Of a stretch of DNA of 64,000 nt, positions 26,852 to 34,445 are shown one piece after another. Source of the DNA: a virus (lineage: Duplodnaviria; Caudoviricetes); the IMG/VR virus record IMGVR_UViG_2595698517_000001, positions 32,001 to 96,000 of that record; one strand, 5' to 3'. The first letter of the stretch is position 1, and each line of letters opens with the position of its first letter. The notes beneath the pieces were generated by a model. The model had not been told where the DNA came from. It did not search any database and saw only the letters and a list, made by a program, of their open reading frames with translations. The position numbers and the translations under genes were made by a program.

Positions 26852-26939
26852 ACTTTTACACACCTTTCAAATTTGTTTGTATTACTTTGTAACACTCTCT
26901 AACTTGGTGTGTGAGAAAGTGTGTTTTTGTAATACTTTA
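26848..26939. repeat. 10-bp iterons upstream of parM (candidate parC/operator)
   Basis: TCATACTTTT 26848, TATTACTTTG 26880, TAATACTTTA 26930; same motif as inside parR. Confidence 0.6.
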
Positions 26940-26943
26940 CTAA

Positions 26944-26970
26944 ATGATATGGGCGTGTGTGGAGAATGTT
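26944..26970 (-). promoter_or_regulatory. SigK-like promoter for the parM operon
   Basis: AACA-15bp-CATATCAT; no good sigma-A promoter seen between the upstream terminator and parM. Confidence 0.45.
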
Positions 26971-26980
26971 GCCAGTACAT

Positions 26981-27013
26981 AAAAAAAAAGTTCCGATTTT
27001 TTATCGAAACTTT
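26981..27013 (-). terminator. intrinsic terminator after the sigma operon
   Basis: AGTTTCGAT/ATCGGAACT stem plus long T-run. Confidence 0.7.
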
Positions 27014-27026
27014 GTACATTGTGTCC

Positions 27027-27269
27027 TTATTTGTGGACATCGGACGATTGAATTAGTAGTAGCATTTCAGCAATAGGGCGGTAATATGGCTTATTGTCCG
27101 CTATAACTAGGTAACGAGTATTTTCCGTCTTCCCTTGCTGCTGTCGGAACATGTTGACACGCTCGACAATATTGTCTAACATTTGTAGTTCTGTATCCGT
27201 ACATACCTGGGATACCTCGTCAATATCCCATACAATGTAGTTCGGTGCTTGCTTTTCGTTCTGTTCCAT
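27027..27269 (-). CDS. hypothetical protein
   Basis: GGAGG RBS; last gene of the sigma operon. Confidence 0.75.
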   Translation of the reverse strand: MEQNEKQAPNYIVWDIDEVSQVCTDTELQMLDNIVERVNMFRQQQGKTENTRYLVIADNKPYYRPIAEMLLLIQSSDVHK

Positions 27270-27279
27270 TTGAATCCTC

Positions 27280-28980
27280 CTAGTTGTTAACCTTCATATT
27301 GAAGTTTACCTTTTCAGCAGGTAACTCTTGGACTACACGTATTAGTTGTTCCAATTTTCCAATAACTTCACCCTTAGGAAGAGCGTTACCCGTAGCTGTG
27401 AGGTCTACCGTCATACTAAATGACGACTCCGCAGGTTTACTAGCTGCTTCTAACATTGCGATTTCTTTAGAGAAGTCACGGTTTTCTATTCGATCATGTA
27501 TCGCTCTTTTTATCTCTTCCTTAGATACAGGTCTAATCCCCATACCGACTGATAAAGGCTTCACATCCGTACCTACAGTTAAGGGAGAAACTGGATTAGA
27601 TTTACCGACTACAGGGGTTGTAAGAGTCATATCAGGTTTATATTGTAATGCGGCTCCACCTGGTATTACTCCTTTTACTACACCTACATCTCCACCCTGG
27701 ATAGCTGCGTTAGCTGCTTGGCGTTCCTTCTTCGCTTTATCCATACCTGCTAATATTTCCATACCTGCTGTTGTTTTAACAATATCGATACGAAGCTTAT
27801 TCGCATAGTACCAAACGTTTGCATAAGGTACCCCTGTTTTTTCTTCAATTTCAGGTACAGTGTATACACCTTTTTTCAATAATTCTATTACTTGTGCTCT
27901 TTGTTCCTTTGTAATTCTTTTAGGAGCTTTCTTTTTCTCAGTCACTTCGATCACCTTCTCCTCTTTAATTGGTTCTTCTTTCACTACAGGCTTAGGTTTC
28001 GCTACTGGTTTAGCAGGAGCTACAGTCTTCACCTCCTTCTCAGTAGCACGGAACTTTTTTTCAAGTACCTCTAGCTTGTCCATCGGAACTAGGGTAACCT
28101 CATTTATATCCTTTAAGTTCATATCCGTTTCACGTAACAATTTTCCTGCTCTCTTTCTATCGCCTGTTCTTGACATCGGCTTTCCCTCCTTAGTTAATTC
28201 TTCCTTTAATGTTGCTAATGCTCTTCTTTCTAATCGTGAAACCTGTACCTGAGAGACCCCTAGAATCTTAGCTACTTCTGTCTGACCCTTATCATGTAAG
28301 TAACGAAGCTCTACAATTTGGCGCTCCCTTTCAGGTAATGATTCCATAGCATCTCTAACTTCCATATGGTCGAGCCAGTTACCATTTACATCGCCTGAGA
28401 CGATTTCACCAAAGGATATGTCTTCACTACCTTTAGCTATACCGCCACTATAGAAAGATTCATCCATACTTTTAACAGTGTGATTATAAAGAAAATCTAG
28501 AGATCGCTCAACACGTTTAATAGCTCTATCGTAAGGTACATCTTCTTGTACAAGATTAAGTGCCGCTACAATCTCCGCAGGAGTTTCTTTTTCCATCTCT
28601 GCTTTTAAGATTCTGTACGCAAGTTCCTTAACGATTCTAGGGATTTTAATAATGTTATCATCACGTAAGAACAAACGAATTGCCCCTTGTATGATTGGTA
28701 CTGCGTATGTAGAAAACTGTACGTCATAGCTCAGGTCGAATCTTCGAATACTGTTAATAAGACCAATCATGCCAATTTGGTATATGTCCTCAGGTGTCAT
28801 ATCTTCTCTGTGATTGTACTTATTTGTCACCTTCAGGACTAAACGTTCATTCGCAAATATTAACTTTTCCTCAGCTTCTTGTGACCCTTCCTGCGCTTCC
28901 TTGATTAATGATCTGATTTCCTCTTGAGATAATTTAAACTTTTTCGCTTCCCTCTTGATTTTTACACCTTTTCTTCCCAT
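27280..28980 (-). CDS. SigF/SigG-like sigma factor with about 300-aa C-terminal extension containing HTH-like segments
   Basis: DIYQIGMIGLINSIRRFD...FSTYAVPIIQGAIRLFLRD; region 4 QTEVAKILGVSQVQVSRLE; internal RBS and ATG at 28176. Confidence 0.9.
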   Translation of the reverse strand: MGRKGVKIKREAKKFKLSQEEIRSLIKEAQEGSQEAEEKLIFANERLVLKVTNKYNHREDMTPEDIYQIGMIGLINSIRRFDLSYDVQFSTYAVPIIQGAIRLFLRDDNIIKIPRIVKELAYRILKAEMEKETPAEIVAALNLVQEDVPYDRAIKRVERSLDFLYNHTVKSMDESFYSGGIAKGSEDISFGEIVSGDVNGNWLDHMEVRDAMESLPERERQIVELRYLHDKGQTEVAKILGVSQVQVSRLERRALATLKEELTKEGKPMSRTGDRKRAGKLLRETDMNLKDINEVTLVPMDKLEVLEKKFRATEKEVKTVAPAKPVAKPKPVVKEEPIKEEKVIEVTEKKKAPKRITKEQRAQVIELLKKGVYTVPEIEEKTGVPYANVWYYANKLRIDIVKTTAGMEILAGMDKAKKERQAANAAIQGGDVGVVKGVIPGGAALQYKPDMTLTTPVVGKSNPVSPLTVGTDVKPLSVGMGIRPVSKEEIKRAIHDRIENRDFSKEIAMLEAASKPAESSFSMTVDLTATGNALPKGEVIGKLEQLIRVVQELPAEKVNFNMKVNN

Positions 28981-29001
28981 CGTTTCTCCTCCTCGACATT
29001 T

Positions 29002-29742
29002 TTATGAGTGTATTAACCGCTCTTTTTCTATTTCTTTCCTTAACTGCGCTAGTGCCGCTGTCTCTAAACGAGATATTTGAGCACCTGACACTCCGAATAT
29101 TGGAGCTATTTCTCTGTTAACCAAACTATACCAGTATTTTAACTTTATAATTTCCTTTGACCTGGAATCCAAACGGTTTAAGATTTCTTCTATTTCTATA
29201 ACTTGTAACCATTCTCCATTTACATCTCCTGACAGTTCAATGACCATATCTTTCTTTTCGCCTTCTAAAAGCTTGTCTATCGATAGTAGCGGGTTATGTA
29301 TAATCTGCAAAGCTGTCTCAATACACTCTATGTCGTCCGTATCTAGGGCTGCTGATATTTCTTCAATCGTGCTTTCTGTCAGAGCTTTTGAATGTATCTT
29401 CTGAATCGCTACGCTCACATTACGAGGTATCCGCATTGTGTGCCTATGTTCTCGTAACCAAGTGCTTATTTCCCCATTCACTTTCGTTACTACATAGGAA
29501 GAAAATTTTACTTTCTTTTTAGTATCATAATCTCTGATCGCTTTCAGTAATGCAACCATCCCCATCTGAATGAAATCGTCCGCTTCGTAACCTGGGTGGT
29601 AGTACCTCTGTGCTGCGTGACCCACCAGGCGTACATGACCTTCTACAAGTTGTTCTATTGCTGTTTCGCTTCCTTCTTGTGCCTGTAAAAGGAGATCGTT
29701 CGTTTCCGCATCAGAGAGAATGTCATGCTTAAAGTTGTACAT
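29002..29742 (-). CDS. SigF/SigG/SigB-like sigma factor
   Basis: DDFIQMGMVALLKAIRDYD...FSSYV; region 4 REIAPIFGVSGAQISRLE. Confidence 0.9.
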   Translation of the reverse strand: MYNFKHDILSDAETNDLLLQAQEGSETAIEQLVEGHVRLVGHAAQRYYHPGYEADDFIQMGMVALLKAIRDYDTKKKVKFSSYVVTKVNGEISTWLREHRHTMRIPRNVSVAIQKIHSKALTESTIEEISAALDTDDIECIETALQIIHNPLLSIDKLLEGEKKDMVIELSGDVNGEWLQVIEIEEILNRLDSRSKEIIKLKYWYSLVNREIAPIFGVSGAQISRLETAALAQLRKEIEKERLIHS

Positions 29743-29777
29743 GTCCTCATCTCCACTGTGTTTTTCTTGTTAAATAC

Positions 29778-29806
29778 AGTGTATCAAAAGTCTGTAACTT
29801 TGTCTA
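29778..29806 (-). promoter_or_regulatory. sigma-A-like promoter of the sigma operon
   Basis: TAGACA-17bp-TACACT with TG. Confidence 0.6.
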
Positions 29807-29838
29807 TAATGTTTTTGTTCTTTTTTCAAAAGTTATAG

Positions 29839-29866
29839 AATATATGCAATTCATCGAAAATTATGA
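29839..29866 (-). promoter_or_regulatory. SigE-like promoter upstream of the sigma operon
   Basis: TCATAAT-13bp-CATATATT resembles the SigE consensus TCATATT-N13/15-CATACANT. Confidence 0.5.
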
Positions 29867-29875
29867 CTAAAAGGA

Positions 29876-29905
29876 TAAAAAAAATAGGCGTTAGGTGCAA
29901 CGCCT
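29876..29905 (-). terminator. intrinsic terminator
   Basis: AGGCGTT/AACGCCT stem plus T-run. Confidence 0.7.
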
Positions 29906-29911
29906 GGGTAT

Positions 29912-30178
29912 TTAGTTCTGTTCCGATACTAGACCTACTGCTAAGTAATCAGGTTCAGCTACCTCGATCACTTTCCATCCGAATACTGTGTCTGCTTTTA
30001 CACCTTCAATAACCTTGCCTGACTCGTCAAAATACTGCATGAGAGCTACTACATTACTTCCTGCGTATAAACGGTTCGGTGATACCTTGTTCTTTGTATG
30101 GAACGATTTACCCAGTTCCCAAATTACATTTTTTAATTCCTTTGCATATTGCTTTCTTTCCTCAGTTGTTGTCCTCAT
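29912..30178 (-). CDS. hypothetical protein
   Basis: GAGGAG RBS. Confidence 0.7.
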   Translation of the reverse strand: MRTTTEERKQYAKELKNVIWELGKSFHTKNKVSPNRLYAGSNVVALMQYFDESGKVIEGVKADTVFGWKVIEVAEPDYLAVGLVSEQN

Positions 30179-30380
30179 AATTGACATCTCCTCTTCGAAT
30201 GATTTTTACTTGCTTGTGTACGTTACGTAAAGCTTCCTGCCCTGTGTCACCGTCTATAACGATTACCCCACTGAATGGATTAATTTCTACATAAAACGTA
30301 AGACCGTCAAGAACTACCTTATCATCTAAAGCAATAAGCTTGTTATTTTTATCTCGGTACGGTGTCATAATTAAACCCAC
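30162..30380 (-). CDS. hypothetical protein
   Basis: GGAGG RBS, GTG start. Confidence 0.65.
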   Translation of the reverse strand: MGLIMTPYRDKNNKLIALDDKVVLDGLTFYVEINPFSGVIVIDGDTGQEALRNVHKQVKIIRRGDVNYEDNN

Positions 30381-30429
30381 GTTGTTGACCTCCTGTGCAT
30401 ATTTTAAGGGGCGGTTAAGCCCCTCTATG

Positions 30430-31224
30430 TTAGTTAGCTTTTACTACAAATTTTGGAGTACCTGGTTTCTTAATCTTCGTAGCCTTAACTGCATCCACAA
30501 CTTCTTTATCCAGTTTAGCAGAAGCAAGAACACCTTCCAGTTTCTTACCGTTAACACGAACCTCTGTAGCCTGTTTGATAAGGTCTTTGTGTTCACCTAG
30601 AGCTAAGATTACATCGTTTAAGTCGTAATCAGTGTAAAGTGAAGTTGAGTTAGAAGCCGCTGACTCCTGGAACATTACACGCTTACCTTCTGTACCTTTG
30701 ATTTCGTTAAGCTTGTTGTTGTTCATGTATTCCGTGATGCTTGGTTTTAACTTTTTCAGTTTAGCTTCAAGTGCCGCTTTTTCTGCATGTAATTTAAGAT
30801 ATTCGTCTACATCTTTTTGTGCTTTAGGAGAAATGTCAGATACTTCTTCCTCTTCCACTACTGGTGTTTCAGCTCCTGTTGGTTGTAACAAGCTATCGAA
30901 CCCACTTGATATTACACGTAAACCATCTTCTTTAACTGCTGTAGCTTTTACTTCTGTCCATCCGTAGTTTAAGAAGCTGTCACGCACTTTATTTAGATCG
31001 TAAGCATTACCCATGTTAGTTGTTTGTACTCCACGAGTTACAGATACAAGACCGTTACGGTCAACCGATACGATTGCTTCCTCTTTACTTTTATTGTGAA
31101 CGAATTTTACCACCTGTGCCATATTAACTTCCTCCTCAGTTCCGAATAGTTGTTGGTTTACAATATCTAACTTTCTTGCCGCTTGCTCCATTGATCCTAC
31201 TTCTTTACGTTCTCTCTTAGCCAT
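30430..31224 (-). CDS. hypothetical early protein with a second in-frame start at 31122
   Basis: strong RBS at both starts; coiled-coil in the C-terminal half. Confidence 0.8.
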   Translation of the reverse strand: MAKRERKEVGSMEQAARKLDIVNQQLFGTEEEVNMAQVVKFVHNKSKEEAIVSVDRNGLVSVTRGVQTTNMGNAYDLNKVRDSFLNYGWTEVKATAVKEDGLRVISSGFDSLLQPTGAETPVVEEEEVSDISPKAQKDVDEYLKLHAEKAALEAKLKKLKPSITEYMNNNKLNEIKGTEGKRVMFQESAASNSTSLYTDYDLNDVILALGEHKDLIKQATEVRVNGKKLEGVLASAKLDKEVVDAVKATKIKKPGTPKFVVKAN

Positions 31225-31266
31225 TTTGTTTCCTCCTAAAATTTGTTTTGTTTTTAACTTGTCTTC

Positions 31267-31295
31267 ATCTTATCATGTTGTTTTCCAAAGGTCAA
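31267..31295 (-). promoter_or_regulatory. sigma-A-like early promoter
   Basis: TTGACC-17bp-TAAGAT with TG. Confidence 0.75.
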
Positions 31296-31380
31296 CACTT
31301 TTTATAAAAAAACTTTTATTAAATGTTAGAGAGCATGTTACAGTGTGTTTGTACCTATAACATGCTCCATTGTGACTAAA

Positions 31381-31614
31381 TTATACTCGTGAATTAAAGA
31401 ATGTACCTAGCAGGACTAAGATAACGATTGGAATAAATATGAACCAATATACTCCTGCGTATGTAACACTTGCACCGAAAACGAAGTGCATTAACACCCA
31501 AGCTAGTGCTGCGGGTATAACACAACCGATAGCAACGTATACTACTAATAGAGCGATCGCTATTAGGATTCCTATGACCGCTCCTGCTGTTCCTTTAGAG
31601 CTTTTTCTTCTCAC
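31381..31614 (-). CDS. membrane protein
   Basis: hydrophobic helices. Confidence 0.65.
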   Translation of the reverse strand: MRRKSSKGTAGAVIGILIAIALLVVYVAIGCVIPAALAWVLMHFVFGASVTYAGVYWFIFIPIVILVLLGTFFNSRV

Positions 31615-31840
31615 TGTTTGTCCCCTCCTTTTTATCCTCTAAAACCATTGCCCATATTACAGGGAATGTTAATACAAAACTTACCCAATAAATTGCTTTA
31701 GTTGAGAAGTCGTATTCTAAAATTCCATTGAATACTACGTAGCCCATGCCTGTAGTCCCTAGTGAAGCTAATGTAACTAATCCCAGGAATATGATGAACC
31801 CTGCGAAGCTTTCTAGCATCCTTACGCCTTTAGTTTTCAT
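31595..31840 (-). CDS. membrane protein
   Basis: two TM helices. Confidence 0.65.
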   Translation of the reverse strand: MKTKGVRMLESFAGFIIFLGLVTLASLGTTGMGYVVFNGILEYDFSTKAIYWVSFVLTFPVIWAMVLEDKKEGTNSEKKKL

Positions 31841-32153
31841 TTTGCGCTCTCATCTCCTTCAGCTTCTTGAGCATTTCTACATAAGTCATTGCAGGAATGT
31901 CATTAATAACTTTAAAGAAATAAGTTAACTCCATATCCCTACACCCTATGTAGTAAGGTTCTTCTTTTTTAGTTTCTAGATCAAGACTCGTTAACTTACG
32001 AGCTAGTCCATCTATAAAATACTCGTGTGTTTCTGTCTCTCGTACTTTCATATTGTTAAGCCACACATATGTAGCCCCTTCTACCTTGAGTTCTCCGCCC
32101 CTGTGTAGGAAGTCTAACACAAGGGCAACTTTAGTAGGCTCTACTTTAAGCAT
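31830..32153 (-). CDS. hypothetical protein
   Basis: coupled ORF with RBS. Confidence 0.7.
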   Translation of the reverse strand: MLKVEPTKVALVLDFLHRGGELKVEGATYVWLNNMKVRETETHEYFIDGLARKLTSLDLETKKEEPYYIGCRDMELTYFFKVINDIPAMTYVEMLKKLKEMRAQNEN

Positions 32154-32335
32154 CAGTCAATCTCCTCCATTTTAACGAGCACACGGTTGAAGTCAACTTT
32201 ATGTAATACCTCTAGCACTCTATACGTTTTACCTGTTGTTTGTACTTTGTGCCCTGGATTAGGGATACACGGTATCGTCTTTTGTACTTCCGTTAACTCC
32301 CCGTCCTTTAGATATTCAAACACAACTCGTATCAT
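32153..32335 (-). CDS. hypothetical protein
   Basis: coupled ORF. Confidence 0.65.
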   Translation of the reverse strand: MIRVVFEYLKDGELTEVQKTIPCIPNPGHKVQTTGKTYRVLEVLHKVDFNRVLVKMEEID

Positions 32336-32961
32336 TTTACACTCTCCAACGCATTAAGTAAATCCGTAATCCATGCATTCTTTTCTTCAACTGCTTTTAT
32401 AGCACGTTCTTTACTTTCTTCTGCTCGTTTTAATTCATCTTGAGCCCATTCGATACGTTCACTTCTCCATACTTCATGATGAATCATTTGCCCTGGTACT
32501 TCCTCTTCTTTACGTTCATTTCTTTGCTTAAATAACCCTGACTGACATTTGATTTCTGCTTCTAAATGGTTTACAGCGTACGCTTTAAGATCGGTAAGAG
32601 ACTCAGGAGCTTCCCAAGCTTGTACTTCTTTAAGTACCTTATTATAACGTTCAATTACTTGTATATCTCCGTCATTATAAGTTTCCTGACGTTTCCTCAT
32701 GTACTCGTAATCATCTTCAATTTGTTGTTCTACGTCTTCTACTGACATATTCTTGTAGTACTCAATTTTCTTCTTCGCTTCCTCGATGTCTCTATCATAA
32801 GAAGCTACGTCTAACTGATACAACTGAGGTGGAGCATTCAGACCCAAACCAAGGTGTCTCATATGGGCTAACGCCCCGTATGATTTTGAGCAGCGGATAA
32901 TATAATCCTTTGCCGAGTTATTTTCATTCTCGTAAATCTCACCAAGTAATGCGCTTGTCAT
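32332..32961 (-). CDS. conserved helical hypothetical protein
   Basis: AGGAGG RBS before ATG 32961. Confidence 0.75.
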   Translation of the reverse strand: MTSALLGEIYENENNSAKDYIIRCSKSYGALAHMRHLGLGLNAPPQLYQLDVASYDRDIEEAKKKIEYYKNMSVEDVEQQIEDDYEYMRKRQETYNDGDIQVIERYNKVLKEVQAWEAPESLTDLKAYAVNHLEAEIKCQSGLFKQRNERKEEEVPGQMIHHEVWRSERIEWAQDELKRAEESKERAIKAVEEKNAWITDLLNALESVK

Positions 32962-32962
32962 A

Positions 32963-33838
32963 TTAGTTACCCTCCTTTGGTGGTGTAATTTGTACATTGA
33001 TACTATCGATTCCTGCGGGCTGAACACGTAACGTTACTTTAACATGCAGCTCTCCATTCTCTAATGTGCAGTTAACACTCTCTATTGGATCAATCTGTTC
33101 TTCCTGGGCTAAATCGAATACTAATTGCTGCTTACCTTTAATTTTCTTGTTACGTCTAGGAAGCCCTAACTTATCGACTAATTTGTATAACCCGTGTTTA
33201 TTTAGGTCGTACTTTTTGTATAACTTCTCAAGGTACATACCTTGCATATAATCACCTGCAAAAGTGTCCATTTCTATTTTAGTCATTGTAAGTAAACGAT
33301 CATTAGACTTAGAGCTACGAGCACGATTACGGAATGGAATACCTTTACGGTTAAGAATATCGTATAACTGAGTTGTAGAGATACCATACTTGCTTAAAAT
33401 GTCTTGTTGTTTAATTGATTTGTCTTGATATTCTGCTGCAACCAGTTCATCTACAGTTACTGCACTTAAAGTAGGTTGGAACACACTAAGCTCATCAACT
33501 TTTTGTTTTTCGTTTGCCATTTTCATTTTCCTCTTTTCTCGGAATCTCCTCTGAGCTTCCCTATTTTTTTCTTTACCTTTTTCAGTACTAAAATACTTAG
33601 TTTGATACGCACTAACCTTATCAGGGTTTGACCTACACCATCTTCGCTGAACATTGGTACGGTGTTCTTGCAATCTTTCTTTGGTTTCTCTTTTGTATAT
33701 CCGTACACGTTCGTTATCACAAAGCTTACAATTGCTGCGTGGAATGTAGCCGCCCTTCTTACTTTTACTCTTTCTTTTTCCAAACTCATTAATAGGTTTG
33801 TCCTCCTTACATCGAGGACAGTATTTCGTGCCTTCCAC
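32963..33838 (-). CDS. zinc-finger plus HTH DNA-binding protein, with internal start at 33520
   Basis: CPRC...CKLC N-terminal unit; two HTH-like repeats (ILSKYGISTTQLYDIL, LYKKYDLNKHGLYKLV). Confidence 0.75.
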   Translation of the reverse strand: MEGTKYCPRCKEDKPINEFGKRKSKSKKGGYIPRSNCKLCDNERVRIYKRETKERLQEHRTNVQRRWCRSNPDKVSAYQTKYFSTEKGKEKNREAQRRFREKRKMKMANEKQKVDELSVFQPTLSAVTVDELVAAEYQDKSIKQQDILSKYGISTTQLYDILNRKGIPFRNRARSSKSNDRLLTMTKIEMDTFAGDYMQGMYLEKLYKKYDLNKHGLYKLVDKLGLPRRNKKIKGKQQLVFDLAQEEQIDPIESVNCTLENGELHVKVTLRVQPAGIDSINVQITPPKEGN

Positions 33839-33863
33839 GGTTACCCTCCCCTCTAACAACTTC

Positions 33864-33905
33864 TGTAACCAAAGAATATCATAGAGGTTGTCCAAATGTC
33901 AACAA
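33864..33905 (-). promoter_or_regulatory. sigma-A-like early promoter, duplicate of 7130-7171
   Basis: TTGACA-18bp-TATTCT. Confidence 0.75.
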
Positions 33906-33913
33906 TTTATGCA

Positions 33914-33945
33914 TAAAAAAAAATGCAAGGAATAATCCCTGCATT
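33914..33945 (-). terminator. intrinsic terminator
   Basis: ATGCAGGGA/TCCTTGCAT stem plus T-run. Confidence 0.7.
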
Positions 33946-34427
33946 TACATATAATTTAATGAGCTTAATTCTTCTTCTGCATAAAAGATACCAGGTTCTC
34001 GTGATAGCCCGTATGCGAACTTATTCGGGTCTGCTTTAGCCTGGTACACTTCCGTTATGATCGCTGCGTCTTTTGTACCATCCCTACTTATGTACGTTAC
34101 CTTATCATTAACCTGATACTTATTCCCTTTAAGGAAAACATCTTCCTCGAATTTGAATACCGTAAATAATGATAAGTCATTCAATCCTACGTTAAAAGTA
34201 AGCCAGTATCGTTCGTCCGATTTAGACTCTGTAACATCGTAGGATATTTGAGAAACTGTATACTTCTTATCTACAAGCCTTATGAGCACGTTCAGTTTGT
34301 CCTTACGCTCGAATCCTTTAATAAATAGTACTTCACCATTTAAAAGAGCCTGTAACTTCTCTGCAAGCGTATTATACAGTTTAAAAGGTACCTTGTCATA
34401 CTGTGTAATATCGACTGTTTCTGCCAT
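33945..34427 (-). CDS. conserved hypothetical protein
   Basis: ORF with strong RBS. Confidence 0.75.
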   Translation of the reverse strand: MAETVDITQYDKVPFKLYNTLAEKLQALLNGEVLFIKGFERKDKLNVLIRLVDKKYTVSQISYDVTESKSDERYWLTFNVGLNDLSLFTVFKFEEDVFLKGNKYQVNDKVTYISRDGTKDAAIITEVYQAKADPNKFAYGLSREPGIFYAEEELSSLNYM

Positions 34428-34445
34428 GTGGTTTCCTCTCCTTTA

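Noticed and set aside
20771-26970. Integrated conjugative element or plasmid insertion
   Set aside because: No integrase, relaxase, VirB4 or att-like flanks are visible, and the block shares the window-wide CCAGM avoidance, which suggests long residence in the phage.
28126-28141. Resemblance to Bacillus parS (GTTTCACGT)
   Set aside because: About five mismatches to the 16-bp palindrome, and it lies inside a coding region.
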